From positions 1 to 8,907 of the forward strand of contig CBFFRP010000635.1 of the NCBI GenBank assembly GCA_965644295.1: a stretch of DNA of 8,907 nucleotides. Reading direction: 5' to 3'. Below are positions 8,306 to 8,907 of this stretch, piece by piece; the first letter of the stretch is position 1, and the number at the start of each line of letters is the position of its first letter. The DNA is from Paraphysomonas bandaiensis (taxonomy: Eukaryota > Protista > Chrysophyceae). Position numbers and translations under genes: made by a program. The notes under the pieces are model-generated. The model did not search any database. It saw only the letters and a list, made by a program, of their open reading frames with translations, and was not told where the DNA came from.

Positions 8306-8907
8306 GTGTAGCAGCCCGCTGGCGTGCACAAACGACTGATTTCAGTTTTTTTTCAAAAATACTTTTTTTGACTTTTTTTCATCATATTTTGATTTTGATG
8401 GTGTTTTGATGGTATGTTATCCCTCTTAAGACAAGCATCACATACACATCACCCACACTCCTCATACGATGCTCTCACCCCCACAATAACAACACACGAG
8501 ATCAGCGTAAGTTCATGTGACCATATGCATATCTCATAACCCTATATTAGGCTTAAGAAGAGGGAAGAGAGAGCAGCCATATCCATCGGATGAGAATCAC
8601 AGAGATGAGCACACAGCAAGAGGAAGGAGGGACGAGACTCCTCTCTGAGCCCTCGGGGACTGAGGAACAGCGATCAGAGTATTTTATTCGATCTGGAGAG
8701 GGGCCGAAAGGCTCTGTGCAGTCAGCATATTATTCAGACTGCTTCGACGGTCTCTGTTCACATCAGCACAGAGCAGCACACACACGCAGCTGATATGACT
8801 GCGAATGAGATCTGCCATCAGATATCTGTCTATTCATGTATTTGTCAGCCCTCCAAAAGCTTTTTGGTCTGAGTTTGATGTCATCGGAGGTGTTATGTCG
8901 AGGTAAC

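Noticed and set aside
8417-8568. CCCTCTT...AAGAGGG as piggyBac-like MITE ends
   Set aside because: Only a 7-bp inverted match, with no TTAA duplication on the flanks.
8590-8793. 67-aa plus-strand ORF
   Set aside because: No recognisable domain or gag motif; cannot be supported from sequence alone.

Overview
AT-rich eukaryotic genomic DNA, probably from a protist such as a stramenopile (inferred from short GT-AG introns and the type of transposons). The left third holds one intact 9-exon minus-strand gene (770-2910, 411 aa by my manual splicing) that the ORF track only shows in fragments. It encodes a four-transmembrane module with an Orai/CRAC-channel-like TM1 motif, a low-complexity linker and a C-terminal pleckstrin-homology (PH) domain. 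The right two-thirds is mostly transposon debris: a truncated hAT end with a dimerization-domain remnant (3660-~4140), a 195-bp tandem duplication (4399-4790), and a structurally complete but internally deleted hAT element (5405-6802) with TIRs, an 8-bp TSD, 33-bp subterminal repeats and a BED-finger + dimerization-domain pseudogene. It also contains a 163-bp inverted duplication that starts exactly at that element's TSD, and the 3' end of a Ty1/copia retrotransposon (frameshifted RNase H, PPT, LTR) that appears interrupted by another LTR-like sequence. All calls come from manual reading and translation; no searches were run.
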